Notes: generated by a model not told the origin, from the letters alone. A DNA stretch of 64,000 nt from an uncultured Chthonomonadaceae bacterium (GCA_963817895.1 CAWFQB010000001.1:448001-512000); one strand, 5' to 3'. Positions 41,478 to 52,165 are shown, counted from the first letter of the stretch. Translations and numbers: made by a program.

Positions 41478-42848
41478 GTGGCGGAAGACGCGCGGCGGCA
41501 TTTGAAAACATTGGGATTGGAACCGGGCGCGAGCGCGGCGGAAATCAAGCAGGCGTACCGGGAACTGGCGCATATCTGGCATCCCGACCGCTTTGCCAAC
41601 GCGCCCCAACTGCGCGATGTGGCGCAGGCGAAAATGGCCGAAATCAACACGGCCTACCAGTTCTTGAAACGCGCCGCGCCCAAATCCGGCGCGGCGGCTT
41701 CCGGCGCGGCCCCCGCTTCGTCCCCGCCTCCACATACGCGGAATACGCGGCCTGCGGATTATACAGCCCCCTCCCCATCGGCGGATACTGCCCGTACCGG
41801 TAATAGCGCGCGCGCCTCTCGGCGCGAAGCCCAACACCCCGGCGCGTCCGCGTCCCACAATACGCAGGTTTCCAATGTCCCCCTGCTTCCCATTACGCAT
41901 GTGATGCATGACCCAACGCAACCCGTAACCGATGTGGCGATTTCCCCGGATGGACACTGGATACTGGCGGCAAGCGGGTCGAGCGTATTCTGGTGGGATA
42001 TGGAAACCGGGGAAAAGCAACGCGAACTTCGCATGGAAAAAGGGGATTGTTCCCGCCTTGCCGTTTCACCCCATGGCCGCAGCGTGATTGTCGCCAACAA
42101 TCTGACCGGCTGGCCTGGCAGACGCCGGAGTGAACTGCGCCTGTGCGACCTGCCAACCGGAACCGAGCAGAAGCGATGGAAGCAGAACGGACACGTAACC
42201 TCACTGGCCTTTGCCTGTGACGGCAAACAGATTGCGGCGGGCGATACAAATGGTGGGGTACGCTTTTGGGAAGTGGACAGCCAACGGGAAATTCAGCATT
42301 TGCTTCCTCCCGAAGACTCGGCGGACGCCGAAGTTCGGCGCGTGGCGTATGTGAGGGGCGATTATGCCGCCAAACAGGTCGTGGTCTTGCGGACAGGGCA
42401 AACCCTGACGGAAATTGGACTGTGGGAAGTGCGGCGAACTCGTCTGCTGAAAGCCTATACCCTGCATATTCGCGAGTGCCTCACCTACGGGCAAATCGGG
42501 GACGTTCTGCCTTCGCCGGATGGCAGCCTGTTGCTGATTTCCAACAACGATCCGGGGCGGCGCAACTACTCGCTGCACCTGTGGGATGTGAAAACCGGCA
42601 ATGAAGTCCGGGCGTTTCGCGGCCATACGGATGATATTTACGGGCTGGCATGGAGCGCGGACGGGCAGCGCGTCGCGTCGTGCGGCGAAGACAAAACGGT
42701 TCGGCTGTGGAGTGTCGCATCGGGAACGGAACTGGCGCGCGGATTGGGACATACCAGAACCGCCCGAACCGTCGCGTTCAGTTCGGACGGCAAAACGCTG
42801 GCATCGGGCGGCAATGACCGGGCCGTTTGTTTGTGGCGCCTTCCATAA
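41478..42848 (+). CDS. DnaJ-domain + WD40-repeat protein
   Basis: IKQAYRELAHIWHPDRF; several GH...WD-type repeats. Confidence 0.88.
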   Translation: MAEDARRHLKTLGLEPGASAAEIKQAYRELAHIWHPDRFANAPQLRDVAQAKMAEINTAYQFLKRAAPKSGAAASGAAPASSPPPHTRNTRPADYTAPSPSADTARTGNSARASRREAQHPGASASHNTQVSNVPLLPITHVMHDPTQPVTDVAISPDGHWILAASGSSVFWWDMETGEKQRELRMEKGDCSRLAVSPHGRSVIVANNLTGWPGRRRSELRLCDLPTGTEQKRWKQNGHVTSLAFACDGKQIAAGDTNGGVRFWEVDSQREIQHLLPPEDSADAEVRRVAYVRGDYAAKQVVVLRTGQTLTEIGLWEVRRTRLLKAYTLHIRECLTYGQIGDVLPSPDGSLLLISNNDPGRRNYSLHLWDVKTGNEVRAFRGHTDDIYGLAWSADGQRVASCGEDKTVRLWSVASGTELARGLGHTRTARTVAFSSDGKTLASGGNDRAVCLWRLP

Positions 42849-43297
42849 GCGCTATGGGGTTATATTTACTTCACTGTAAGAAAAAACTCGTAATTGTGTC
42901 AGGTTAACTGGCGTCAATTTGTTATGGTTTGCCACGCATCACGGGAACCCTGTAGTAGCCTTTGACAGTCTAACTATTCAAATTATTAGCGACGCGAGGC
43001 GAAATACATTGCTTCCCAGCATCGCGCAACCCACTTTGCCTCACCGTTACTGTGGCCGCGCCATTCCCCATACCAGTCTGTTCTGCCGCCCTGCTTAACC
43101 CGCGTCTGCCGCCAGCCCCCGTATAGATTCCGGTTTATGCCGCTTCCACGCCGATTCCAGAATGAATCATAGTGACAATGCCAGCCAGTATGGAAACATG
43201 TAATTGCCGGTGAACGTACCGTCCGGCAATAATGCTTTAATCAGTTTCTATTCAGAAAAAGTCAGCAACAAACCAAGACAGACAAGGATATAAGATT

Positions 43298-43555
43298 ATG
43301 AGTGACCTCAAACCCGAAAACGAACCCGTTAAATTAACCAAGCGCGAAGTGGAAGTATTGACTCTGGTAATCGAAGGCAAGTCCAGTAAAGAGGTGGCGG
43401 AATTACTGTATGTGAGCAAGCGCACAGTGGATTTCCATCTGGCGAACATTTATGAGAAACTACAGGTTTCCAATCGCGTTCAGGCATTCCGCCGCGCGAC
43501 AAGCCTGGGCCTACTGCCAACCGAGAAACCGGCAGAAGCAGGAGGCGAAGAGTAA
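43298..43555 (+). CDS. Stand-alone LuxR-type HTH regulator
   Basis: LTKREVEVL..GKSSKEVAELLYVSKRTVDFHLANIYEKL. Confidence 0.92.
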   Translation: MSDLKPENEPVKLTKREVEVLTLVIEGKSSKEVAELLYVSKRTVDFHLANIYEKLQVSNRVQAFRRATSLGLLPTEKPAEAGGEE

Positions 43556-43792
43556 GCGCGAACGCAAAGCAGCATATTTGCGCAATCGCGTATATGGGCG
43601 AAAATCAGCGGTTGAAACAGCATATCCCAAATGGCGGCAGGAAGCGGGCAGTATCCCGAACTCCTGCCGCTTTGTTACAAATTGATGGTTGATAGTTGAT
43701 AGGGCAATGCGCTGAACATCAAGCCTGTTCTTATAACCCTAACAATTACTAAACTACCAGCAAGGCGGCATTTACTATCAACCCTCAACTCC

Positions 43793-45037
43793 CTACGGTA
43801 TTCCTTCCGCTTTTCGTTCTTGCCCACTTCGCTGCGTCAGGTTGGCAACCGAGATGGGCGGCAAGCCCTGCCATAAGCGATACAATTGCACGAGGGTTAC
43901 AGATGTAAGCGCGGTCAGGGGGGCGGCGAACAATACTCCCGTCAAGCCGCTGACCTCGAATCCCGCGAAAAGGATGAACAGCACGAGAACTTCGTGCAGC
44001 CCAAGCGCCGCGCCGACCAGACGGGGATACAGAAACTTCGAGCCTAGCTCGTTGATGAAAACAAATGCGACAATTACGGCAAGCACATGCCCGATGGGAT
44101 TGCCACCGGGCGTGATGGCGGCGGCGATGACGGCGGGGATTGCGCCCAAAAACGGACCGACAACCGGAATCAAAGCGGCCAGTACGACGAATAGGCCGAT
44201 GAGAAGCCATATTTTAATGCCGATGAAGAAGCACACTACACCGGCCAATGCGCCGATAATCAGGGCGAGAATCAACTGCCCGCGCACGAACCCGCCAAGT
44301 ATCCGGTTCACGTCGTCCTGCCACTGTTCGACATAAGCGCGAAAACGGGGCGGCAACACCCGGTTGGTTCCCTCACGCAGCTCCTCATTATAAATCAAAA
44401 AGTACAGCGCTATCAGCAGCACGATCAAGCCTTCCACCACGTCGCGCCCCGCCAGAATAAAGAAATGCGCCACGCTTTTGGCGACGGCTTCGCCCCATGT
44501 TTTCACATTGGGCGGCGGATTGTTCATCTGATCCTGCAAATGGACGTGAACGCCGCGCCCTGCCAGCCAGTCGTCCAGAGCGTCGAGTTTCTGCCGCGCC
44601 TGCGCTTCATGTTCGGCGTGACCGATTTCCAGCAGATAAACCTGATGCGCCAATTCCTTGCCGAAGAAAAACGCGCCCAGACCGAGCAGCAGGGCCAGTC
44701 CACCGAATACGATAAAAACGCTCATGGTTCGCCCGCGCTTGTTCGGTAACTGCTTGCGCAACATCTCTACAAGGGGATCGAGCGCATACGCCAGCAGTCC
44801 GCCCAGAGAAAAAATTAGCAACGTATGCCCGATGGACGACAGCAGGCGCACTATAACAGCAGCGGCCAGCAGCAGCAGCAGAAACGTCGTGACGACGACA
44901 AGCAGGCGTTGCCAGCGTTCGATGTGCAGCGTGTCGCTCAGATGGCTACCTTCAGGGCGCGCGGGGTCGGTCGCCACTTCCACTGCTTGCGCGGACGCGG
45001 CTGTGTTGGGAGTGTGTTCGGATGTTACAGGTTGCAT
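43793..45037 (-). CDS. AI-2E family transporter
   Basis: LAYALDPLV; GGFVRGQL; IPVVGPFLG; GVLFAAPL. Confidence 0.9.
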   Translation of the reverse strand: MQPVTSEHTPNTAASAQAVEVATDPARPEGSHLSDTLHIERWQRLLVVVTTFLLLLLAAAVIVRLLSSIGHTLLIFSLGGLLAYALDPLVEMLRKQLPNKRGRTMSVFIVFGGLALLLGLGAFFFGKELAHQVYLLEIGHAEHEAQARQKLDALDDWLAGRGVHVHLQDQMNNPPPNVKTWGEAVAKSVAHFFILAGRDVVEGLIVLLIALYFLIYNEELREGTNRVLPPRFRAYVEQWQDDVNRILGGFVRGQLILALIIGALAGVVCFFIGIKIWLLIGLFVVLAALIPVVGPFLGAIPAVIAAAITPGGNPIGHVLAVIVAFVFINELGSKFLYPRLVGAALGLHEVLVLFILFAGFEVSGLTGVLFAAPLTALTSVTLVQLYRLWQGLPPISVANLTQRSGQERKAEGIP

Positions 45038-45444
45038 CAATGCCTCCGTCCGCATCAGGGGCGGTGAATTCTAGTCTTATCGCTCTTCACGAAGAAAAAC
45101 GAAAAAATACTGCAAATTCGCGCAATTTAGGTAAACCGAACATAAGGATTCGTTCGTCTATGGTTTACATGCCGTTCGCGCAGGGACATAGGACGGACGA
45201 AAGAGGAGAAGCCCGGTTTCAGAACCCTTAACAAACTGCCGATAATCAGGCTAATGGGGGTAATTTTTCGGTTCTAAACGCCTTTGCAAGTGTACCCTGC
45301 GCGAAAGGGCTAAGAAAAAATATTTGCCGGGCAGGAAACGGCGCGACAGAGGAGGAACGTAAAGCAAGTAAAGCAGGAAAAAGGGATTCGGAAGCCGAAA
45401 TATAGTATCGGAAATACGCTTGCAGGAATCCAAAGCAGGAATCG

Positions 45445-45473
45445 TTGACAATCCCCTCGAAAAGTGTGATAAT
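45445..45473 (+). promoter_or_regulatory. Sigma70 promoter ~310 nt upstream of pspA
   Basis: TTGACA-17 bp-GATAAT with extended TG. Confidence 0.6.
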
Positions 45474-45781
45474 ACAAACTCGTGGTGAAGCCCTTCTTGT
45501 TCCGCCTGCGCGTCTTCTCACGTTCGGAACAGGGAACCCTCCCCAATGCGTATGGAATCCAGAGAATAGCGGAACGGCCTCAAGTCGGCTGTAAGTCCGG
45601 CGCGAATCGAACCGATAGAGAAGCAAAACGTAAGGCAGAAAGAGACAATCGCACTGTCGGAAGCAGGCGGGAATGGCGGTTTTGCGGCAGCAAAGCGCGT
45701 CCCGGCTGTGCTGGCGAGACGGATTGCGCGTTCGCGCGCAGGCTTGCCGATACGGGCAGGCGCGAAAGGAGATTGGCGGCA

Positions 45782-46630
45782 ATGGCAAACCCCTTTGTTC
45801 GGGCGTGGCGGTATTTCAAGGCGCTGATTAACGGGAATCTTGATAAATGGGAAGACCCGGAAATCATCCTCAATGAAGCCGTTCGCGACATGAAAGAGAA
45901 CCAGATCAAGAACCGCGAACTGGCGGTGCAGGCGATCACGCAGAAAAACAACCTGCAGGCCGAAGTGGACAAGGAAGAGCGGCTTGTGGCGGAATACGAG
46001 CGTAAGGCAACCCTTGCCCTGCAATCCGGCAACCGCGAACTGGCGAAACAGTTTTTGAAAGAGAAGTCGCTGCACGACGGCACGCTCAACAGTATGCGAA
46101 CCAACCTGATTTCCGCGACCGAAGCGGCGGAAAAGGTGAAAATCGCCATCAAGCAGGAAGAAGAGCGCATCCGTGAGCGCACTTCGCAGGCATTGGCGAT
46201 GAAAGCCAACATGAAGCAGGCGCAGATTCAGATCAAGATCAACAAGGCGCTGGAAAGCTTTCAGTTCGGCAACGCCAATGACAACTGGAATGTCGCCACT
46301 GAGCGTATTCAGGGCTTGCAGTCCGAAGCTAACGCGCGTAACGAGATTATCAACACCAGCATGGACTCCAAAATCCGCGATATGGAAGTGAGCCAGATGG
46401 ATGTCGAGGCCGAGCGCCAGCTTGCGGAACTGGAATCCAAGATGTCGTTGGGCGCGTCGCCCGCCAACAATTACACCACCAACAACGTGCAGCAGATGCA
46501 GACATTGGGCGGCGGCGTGATGAACGGCAACGGCAGCAACGGCAGTACCGCTTCTAATGGGGCGGGGGCCGAAAGCGACATTGACCGCCAGTTGCGCGAA
46601 TTGGAATCCCGTTTGAGCGGCCAGAAGTAG
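45782..46630 (+). CDS. pspA: PspA/IM30 (ESCRT-III-like) family protein
   Basis: MANPFVRAWRYFKA..LDKWEDPEIILNEAVRDM; long coiled coil; C-terminal helix after a linker. Confidence 0.88.
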   Translation: MANPFVRAWRYFKALINGNLDKWEDPEIILNEAVRDMKENQIKNRELAVQAITQKNNLQAEVDKEERLVAEYERKATLALQSGNRELAKQFLKEKSLHDGTLNSMRTNLISATEAAEKVKIAIKQEEERIRERTSQALAMKANMKQAQIQIKINKALESFQFGNANDNWNVATERIQGLQSEANARNEIINTSMDSKIRDMEVSQMDVEAERQLAELESKMSLGASPANNYTTNNVQQMQTLGGGVMNGNGSNGSTASNGAGAESDIDRQLRELESRLSGQK

Positions 46631-46802
46631 TCGGCGCAGCGTTGGGCGCAAGTGTGTTCGATGGTTTGCTTTCCGCCAGCCAATCTCCGGGAAGCAAACC
46701 CTCGGCACGTCTGCCGCGTAACGATACATTTTTACGGCGAGCGGGGTCAGGAACAATTGTCCGGCCCCGACTCGCCTTTCCCGCTTGCTCAGGAACTATT
46801 TA

Positions 46803-47477
46803 ATGAGTATTCCAGACCGCTTTTATCGCATTGCCAAGCACAAACTCGGCGAAGTCAAGGACTGGTTTGACAAGGTGGATGAGGAAGAGGAAGAGGACGC
46901 GCGGGAAAAGCGGCGGGCCAATCCACGTGAAGATGCCCGACGCGAACTCACCGACACGCTGACGCCTTCGGGTAATTCTGCCGCGAATACGGGTAGCAAT
47001 TCGTCACGCGCCTCCTCCCCTTCGTCCGTTCCCATGAACCCGCCGCGCACTCCGCAGGACTACGCGCGGGGCGGGCGTCCCGCTTCCGGCACAGGTGGGG
47101 GCTATTCCACAAGTCCGGGCGGCAGCAACGGTTCGGGCAACAACTACGCGCCGACTTCGCAGCCCGATCCGCTGGATTACCACTATAAGTTGTTGGGGTT
47201 GGAGTCGGGCGCGGACTTTCCCGCAGTGCAGGCCGCGTACAACAAACTGGCTGCCCGCAGCGACCCTTCCCGTTTTCCCGCCGGTTCTTCTGACGCGCTG
47301 GCCGCGCAGCAGATTCGGCAGCGACTGGACACCTCCTTCAAAACCCTGCGTGAGTCTCTCGATACAACCGCCGCCCGTTTCGGTTTGCTTGAATTCGACG
47401 ATGAACCGAAGAAGAGAAACGAAATTAAGGAAGATGAAAAACGGAATACAGAAGAGAACAGGCGGAAAATAGAGTAG
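46803..47477 (+). CDS. Protein with C-terminal J-domain-like module lacking HPD
   Basis: YHYKLLGLESGADFPAVQAAYNKLAARSDPSRF. Confidence 0.7.
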   Translation: MSIPDRFYRIAKHKLGEVKDWFDKVDEEEEEDAREKRRANPREDARRELTDTLTPSGNSAANTGSNSSRASSPSSVPMNPPRTPQDYARGGRPASGTGGGYSTSPGGSNGSGNNYAPTSQPDPLDYHYKLLGLESGADFPAVQAAYNKLAARSDPSRFPAGSSDALAAQQIRQRLDTSFKTLRESLDTTAARFGLLEFDDEPKKRNEIKEDEKRNTEENRRKIE

Positions 47478-47486
47478 AGGATTTTT

Positions 47487-47774
47487 ATGCCGCGTCCCGT
47501 AAAAATGACAACAGAAGAGATTGATACGGCTTTGAAGGAATTGGACGGATGGACACTTGTGGATGGCAAATTGCATCGAGCGTTCAAATTCGCCGATTTC
47601 GTACAGGCATGGGGATTCATGTCCCGCGCCGCGTTAATCGCGCAAAGCATGGACCATCATCCCGACTGGTGTAACGTGTACAGTACTGTCCGCGTAGACC
47701 TGAACACGCACGATGCAGGTGGCGTTACCAGTCTTGATGTGGAACTTGCGAAGAAGATGAATGGATTGCTGTGA
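47487..47774 (+). CDS. phhB: Pterin-4-alpha-carbinolamine dehydratase
   Basis: FKFADFVQAWGFM..MDHHPDW.NVY..V...THDAGG. Confidence 0.92.
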   Translation: MPRPVKMTTEEIDTALKELDGWTLVDGKLHRAFKFADFVQAWGFMSRAALIAQSMDHHPDWCNVYSTVRVDLNTHDAGGVTSLDVELAKKMNGLL

Positions 47775-47779
47775 GGATA

Positions 47780-47890
47780 GGTTGTTAGGTTGTTAGTTGT
47801 TAGTTGGTCAGGACAATGCAATAAATATTCGTTGGCTTTAGTGTGGCAAGAGTGTCAGCCGAACAACTAACAACCTAACAAATAACAACC
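47780..47890. repeat. Inverted (GTTGTTAG)n microsatellite hairpin
   Basis: GGTTGTTAGGTTGTTAGTTGTT facing AACAACTAACAACCTAACAA. The same unit occurs at 21083-21116. Confidence 0.8.
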
Positions 47891-47904
47891 TGTGAGGCTT
47901 ACGT

Positions 47905-49092
47905 ATGGATTTGCCGGTTTATTTAGATCATGCGGCGACAACGCCGGTTTTACGCGAAGTGGTGGAGGCCATGCTGCCGTACTATACGGAGTATTACGGC
48001 AACCCGTCCGCGCTGCATCAGGTGGGGATGGGGGCGCGGGAGGGCGTGGAGCAGGCGCGGGAAACGCTGGCCGAGTTGCTCAATGCTTCGCCCGATGAGA
48101 TTGTGTTTACATCGGGGGGAACCGAATCGGATAACACGGCGATTTTCGGCGTAGCCCGCGCCAATCAGAAACAGGGGCGGCATCTGCTGACCGTTCGGAC
48201 GGAACACCACGCGGTTCTGGAACCCTTTGAAAAACTGGCGGAAGAGGGCTTCGAGGTCGAGTACCTGCCCACAGATCGGCAGGGGCGGGTTGCGCTGGCA
48301 GATGTGGCGATGCGGCTGCGTTCCGATACGGTTCTGGTATCCGTGATGCATGCCAACAACGAAATCGGCACGGTACAACCCATTGCCGAAATCGGCGCGT
48401 TGTGCCGCGCTCACGGGGTACGCTTTCATACGGACGCGGTTCAGTCGTTCGGGCGTTTGCCCATTGATGTTCGGGCGATGAAGATTGACCTGCTCAGTCT
48501 GACCGCGCACAAGTTTTACGGGCCGAAGGGTATTGGCGTATTGTACGTCCGGCGCGGAACGCCCCTGCTGAAATTTCAGGAGGGCGGCTCACAGGAAAAA
48601 AACCGCCGGGGTGGAACCTTGAATGTGCCGGGTATTGTAGGACTGGCAAAAGCGGCGCAGATTGCCCACGATACCATGCAGATCGAAACAAAGCGGCTGT
48701 CCGAACTGCGCGACGGTTTTATGGCGGACTTGCCGGAAGCGATTCCGGGCGTCCATATTATGGGCAGCCGGGAACACCGCCTGCCGCACAACATTCATTT
48801 TTGCGTGGAGGGGGTAGAGGGCGAACCGCTTTTACTCGCGCTGGACGCACGGGGCATTTGCGGGTCGGCAGGTTCGGCGTGTTCGGCGGGATCAACAGAA
48901 CCGTCGCATGTCCTCACGGCAATCGGCATCCCCCGCGAATTGGGACGGGGCGCATTGCGCCTGACGTTGGGACGCGCTACCACGCGAGAGAGTTTGAACT
49001 ACACGCTGAACGCGCTGCGCGATATTGTTCGTGACCTGCGCGCGCTGTCGGGGAACGCTGTTGGGCGGGACACTGTGGCTGCAATGATTTGA
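47905..49092 (+). CDS. iscS: Cysteine desulfurase (IscS/NifS)
   Basis: YLDHAATTP, FTSGGTESDN, TAHKFYGPKG, SAGSACSAG. Confidence 0.93.
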   Translation: MDLPVYLDHAATTPVLREVVEAMLPYYTEYYGNPSALHQVGMGAREGVEQARETLAELLNASPDEIVFTSGGTESDNTAIFGVARANQKQGRHLLTVRTEHHAVLEPFEKLAEEGFEVEYLPTDRQGRVALADVAMRLRSDTVLVSVMHANNEIGTVQPIAEIGALCRAHGVRFHTDAVQSFGRLPIDVRAMKIDLLSLTAHKFYGPKGIGVLYVRRGTPLLKFQEGGSQEKNRRGGTLNVPGIVGLAKAAQIAHDTMQIETKRLSELRDGFMADLPEAIPGVHIMGSREHRLPHNIHFCVEGVEGEPLLLALDARGICGSAGSACSAGSTEPSHVLTAIGIPRELGRGALRLTLGRATTRESLNYTLNALRDIVRDLRALSGNAVGRDTVAAMI

Positions 49093-49218
49093 CAAATCGG
49101 CGCGTATGCTGTATTGTAAGTGTGTGGAAGAATATTTTGCAATCTGAGGCAGTCAGTGTCATTCACTGGCAAAAGCATGAAAATAGTGGCTGAAATTAAA
49201 ATTAGCGAAAAAACATGC

Positions 49219-49247
49219 TTGACAAATCCGCAACACTGCCTTATAAT
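49219..49247 (+). promoter_or_regulatory. Consensus sigma70 promoter; a second candidate lies at 49089-49117
   Basis: TTGACA-17 bp-TATAAT. The upstream copy is TTGACA-17 bp-TATTGT. Confidence 0.8.
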
Positions 49248-49369
49248 ACGGATGTAGCCGCAATTATCCATTTCTTTCGCAAAATCACTTTGTGAACATA
49301 AGTACAAACCCGCGCGAAAGCCAGCGCCACAAAGACCATCTCAACCATCTGCCCAGAGGAGTGGCCTTC

Positions 49370-50476
49370 ATGAGTAACAATTCTGCAATTCTTGACCGTC
49401 CCCAGCGCATCACTGCCGACCCACGTTTGGAACCCCGCCCTCTTTCCGAATTGCCCGAAGACGATGCCGATGATGGTTTCGATCAGGAACCCAATGACGA
49501 TCTGCTGCACCTCTACGACAGCAGCCTTTCTCAAAACGAACCCGTCTACGCTGTTGCCCCCGCCGCTCCTACGCCTTCCGATCTTGAAACCCGCGCTTCC
49601 GAACGCATGAACCGCGATACCGTCAGCAGCCTGCTTGCTACTGACAGCGACAGCCCCCGCAACGACGAAAGCCTCCAAATCTGGATGAGCCGGGCGCGCG
49701 GCGCGCAACTGTTGACCGCGCGGGAAGAGATTGATCTCGCCCGCCGCGTTCAAAAGGGCGACAAGTACGCCAAAGACAAACTGACGGAAGCCAACTTGCG
49801 CCTTGTCGTCAGCATCGCCAAAAAGTACAGCGTCCGGGGTATCCCGCTTCCCGACTTGATACAAGAGGGCAACATCGGCCTGATTCGCGCTGTGGAAAAG
49901 TTCGATCCGAGCAAGGGCTACCGTTTCAGCACGTATGCGACGTGGTGGATTCGCCGCGCCATTGCCCGCGCCATCATCAATCAGGGCCGCACCATTCGCA
50001 TCCCCGTGTACGTGGCCGAAATCATTCACAAACTGGTGAAAGCTTCCGGGCGTCTGCGCCAGCAGTTGCTGCGCGACCCCACCGTAGAAGAGATCGCCCG
50101 CGAATTGGAAGTGACTGTTGACCGCGTGAATGAGATCATGCGGATTGCCCTTGAGCCGTTGTCGCTGGAAACGCCGGTTGGCGAAAAAGACAACAGCCAG
50201 CTTTCCGACTTTATTCAATCCCACACCGCCGTCAGCCCTTCGGAAGCCACGCTGAACCTGATACGCCGCGAACAGATCGAAGAAGTTCTGAACAAACTGA
50301 CCGGGCGCGAAAAAGATGTGCTGCGCATGCGCTTCGGCCTTGATGACGGTTATGCCCGGACTCTGGAAGAGGTAGGCGTTCGCCTGCAAGTAACCCGTGA
50401 GCGCGTCCGCCAGATTGAATTGCGCGCCCTGAAGAAGTTGCGACACATTGGTCCAAGCGACCTCATTCGCCAGTAA
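49370..50476 (+). CDS. RpoD/SigA-family sigma factor
   Basis: [42 protein letters not shown]. Confidence 0.93.
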   Translation: MSNNSAILDRPQRITADPRLEPRPLSELPEDDADDGFDQEPNDDLLHLYDSSLSQNEPVYAVAPAAPTPSDLETRASERMNRDTVSSLLATDSDSPRNDESLQIWMSRARGAQLLTAREEIDLARRVQKGDKYAKDKLTEANLRLVVSIAKKYSVRGIPLPDLIQEGNIGLIRAVEKFDPSKGYRFSTYATWWIRRAIARAIINQGRTIRIPVYVAEIIHKLVKASGRLRQQLLRDPTVEEIARELEVTVDRVNEIMRIALEPLSLETPVGEKDNSQLSDFIQSHTAVSPSEATLNLIRREQIEEVLNKLTGREKDVLRMRFGLDDGYARTLEEVGVRLQVTRERVRQIELRALKKLRHIGPSDLIRQ

Positions 50477-50588
50477 TTCTCTCGCATTTATCCTTTTATT
50501 ATAATGCCGGACAGCTTTATAGCCGTCCGGCTTTTGTCGCTTACATTATTCAGACCATGTATTTGCTTACGGCCTGTGGCGAACGAAA

Positions 50589-51320
50589 ATGTTGAATCCT
50601 ATTTCACAATCAAATTTGGAGCAGAGAGCCTGGCTTACACAGATACCGGTCGCGCATCGGGGGCTTTATTGCAATCCTGATGTTCCTGAGAATTCGCTGT
50701 CGGCATTTGAGGCCGCAATACAGCATCGCTTACCAATCGAATGTGACGTACACCTGCTGGCGGATGGTAATGTCGTCGTAATTCATGATAATAATCTGTT
50801 ACGTTTGACAGGCCGAGATATGCCGGTTGCTCAGTTGGATGCCCACGCTGCGCATCGCGTTCGTTTATTTCAGACAAAGCAGAAACTGCCTCTTTTGGAG
50901 GATGTGCTGGCATTGGTAAGCGGCAAAGTTCCCCTGCTGATTGAACTGAAGAATCATTCGCTACATGTTGGGGAGTTGGAGAGGGCTGTACTGGCTGTTT
51001 TGCAGCAATACAAGGGGTTGTATGCTTTACAATCCTTCAACGCTTTTTCGCTTCTGTGGCTAAAAAAAAATGCTCCTTATGTCTGCCGGGGACAACTCTC
51101 CACAGGCTATCTGGGCTTACCTCTGCACAGGCTGACCACTCCTGATTTTATAGCCTACAATATAAAGTTCCTGCCTCGTCGCGTCACTTCGCGCCTGCGC
51201 GCGAAAGGCGTCCCCCTGATAGCTTGGACGATAGAGAACCGAGAGCAGCAGATCAAGGCGCAGCAGGCAGCCGACAACTACATCTTTGCACAAAGCGCCG
51301 ACATTATGCCGTTTGTGTAA
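50589..51320 (+). CDS. Glycerophosphodiester phosphodiesterase
   Basis: VAHRGL..PENSLSAF..IECDVH..VVIHD. Confidence 0.9.
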   Translation: MLNPISQSNLEQRAWLTQIPVAHRGLYCNPDVPENSLSAFEAAIQHRLPIECDVHLLADGNVVVIHDNNLLRLTGRDMPVAQLDAHAAHRVRLFQTKQKLPLLEDVLALVSGKVPLLIELKNHSLHVGELERAVLAVLQQYKGLYALQSFNAFSLLWLKKNAPYVCRGQLSTGYLGLPLHRLTTPDFIAYNIKFLPRRVTSRLRAKGVPLIAWTIENREQQIKAQQAADNYIFAQSADIMPFV

Positions 51321-51392
51321 ATGATGCTTTTTACCCGCGTTCCGCTACGCGTTCAGGCACACAGGACAGGTTGAGAGAACCCCATTTGCTTA

Positions 51393-51512
51393 GAGCCTAT
51401 CCCAGTAGGCGATTGCATTTGCGTCCGAAGGAGGACATAACATGTTATGTCCCTACGCCGTAGGCCACTCAGACGGGTACGTTCTCTGTACCCGGCCTAT
51501 TGGGATAGGCTC
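51393..51512. mobile_element. 120-bp MITE (IS5-like GAG ends) carrying a GTAG REP
   Basis: TIR GAGCCTATCCCAGTAGGC/GCCTATTGGGATAGGCTC (17/18). TTA duplicated at 51390-92 and 51513-15. REP at 51433-51456. Confidence 0.8.
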
Positions 51513-52127
51513 TTAATGCGCTATGGCATTTCTGCCTGCAAAAGCGAAGCGGCTGACGCAGTAGCTAAATACCGCCAGTACGATGCCTCCTGCCACATCC
51601 ATTACATAATGCTGCTTAATGAACACCGTGGAAATGGCGATCAGGACGCCCCATGCAGCCAATGCCTTATCAGCTTTAACCTGACGATAGAGACAGATAG
51701 ATGCCAGGATGGAAAGCGTAACGTGCAGGCTGGGGAAATCATTATATGGGTTGTCTGCTTTATATATCCCTGCAACCAGGCGGGTAAGTGGACCGGACAC
51801 AATGATTTCGGGACGAATGACATAGGTTTGGAAGAAGCCATAGAAGACATAGGCCACGACCAGAGAGAGGATCGTGGCAAGGAGATACTGTTCCAATCGC
51901 TCGACTTTTCGCCTGTATGCCAGGAGGAGCGCAGCAATGACGAGAAAGAAATAGTATGACACGTAAGGCAGCACAAAGACGGGCATAAATGGAATGTGCC
52001 GATCTGCCGCAGTTTCCAACCAGTGCATGTGTTCGCGCTGTAAGTTTAATGGCAGATACAGGGCAAACAGCAAGAGAGCGGTCCCCCCGAGGGTAACGCT
52101 CAACGAATACGTGTGCGATTTGGTCAT
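51513..52127 (-). CDS. PAP2-family membrane phosphatase
   Basis: RP, NDFPSLHV, KQHYVMDVAGG. Confidence 0.88.
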   Translation of the reverse strand: MTKSHTYSLSVTLGGTALLLFALYLPLNLQREHMHWLETAADRHIPFMPVFVLPYVSYYFFLVIAALLLAYRRKVERLEQYLLATILSLVVAYVFYGFFQTYVIRPEIIVSGPLTRLVAGIYKADNPYNDFPSLHVTLSILASICLYRQVKADKALAAWGVLIAISTVFIKQHYVMDVAGGIVLAVFSYCVSRFAFAGRNAIAH

Positions 52128-52165
52128 TATGCGCTCTTTCTGCCAGGTGCAAAACTGCGGGCTGT

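Noticed and set aside
42850..43297. Riboswitch or ncRNA upstream of the LuxR gene
   Set aside because: It is a long intergenic region, but I could not support any recognisable motif or strong structure.
45482..45781. N-terminal extensions from the ORF track (also 37067, 49292, 27542, 28371, 56953)
   Set aside because: Family homology and RBS position point to downstream starts. Several of the extensions translate microsatellite or leader DNA.
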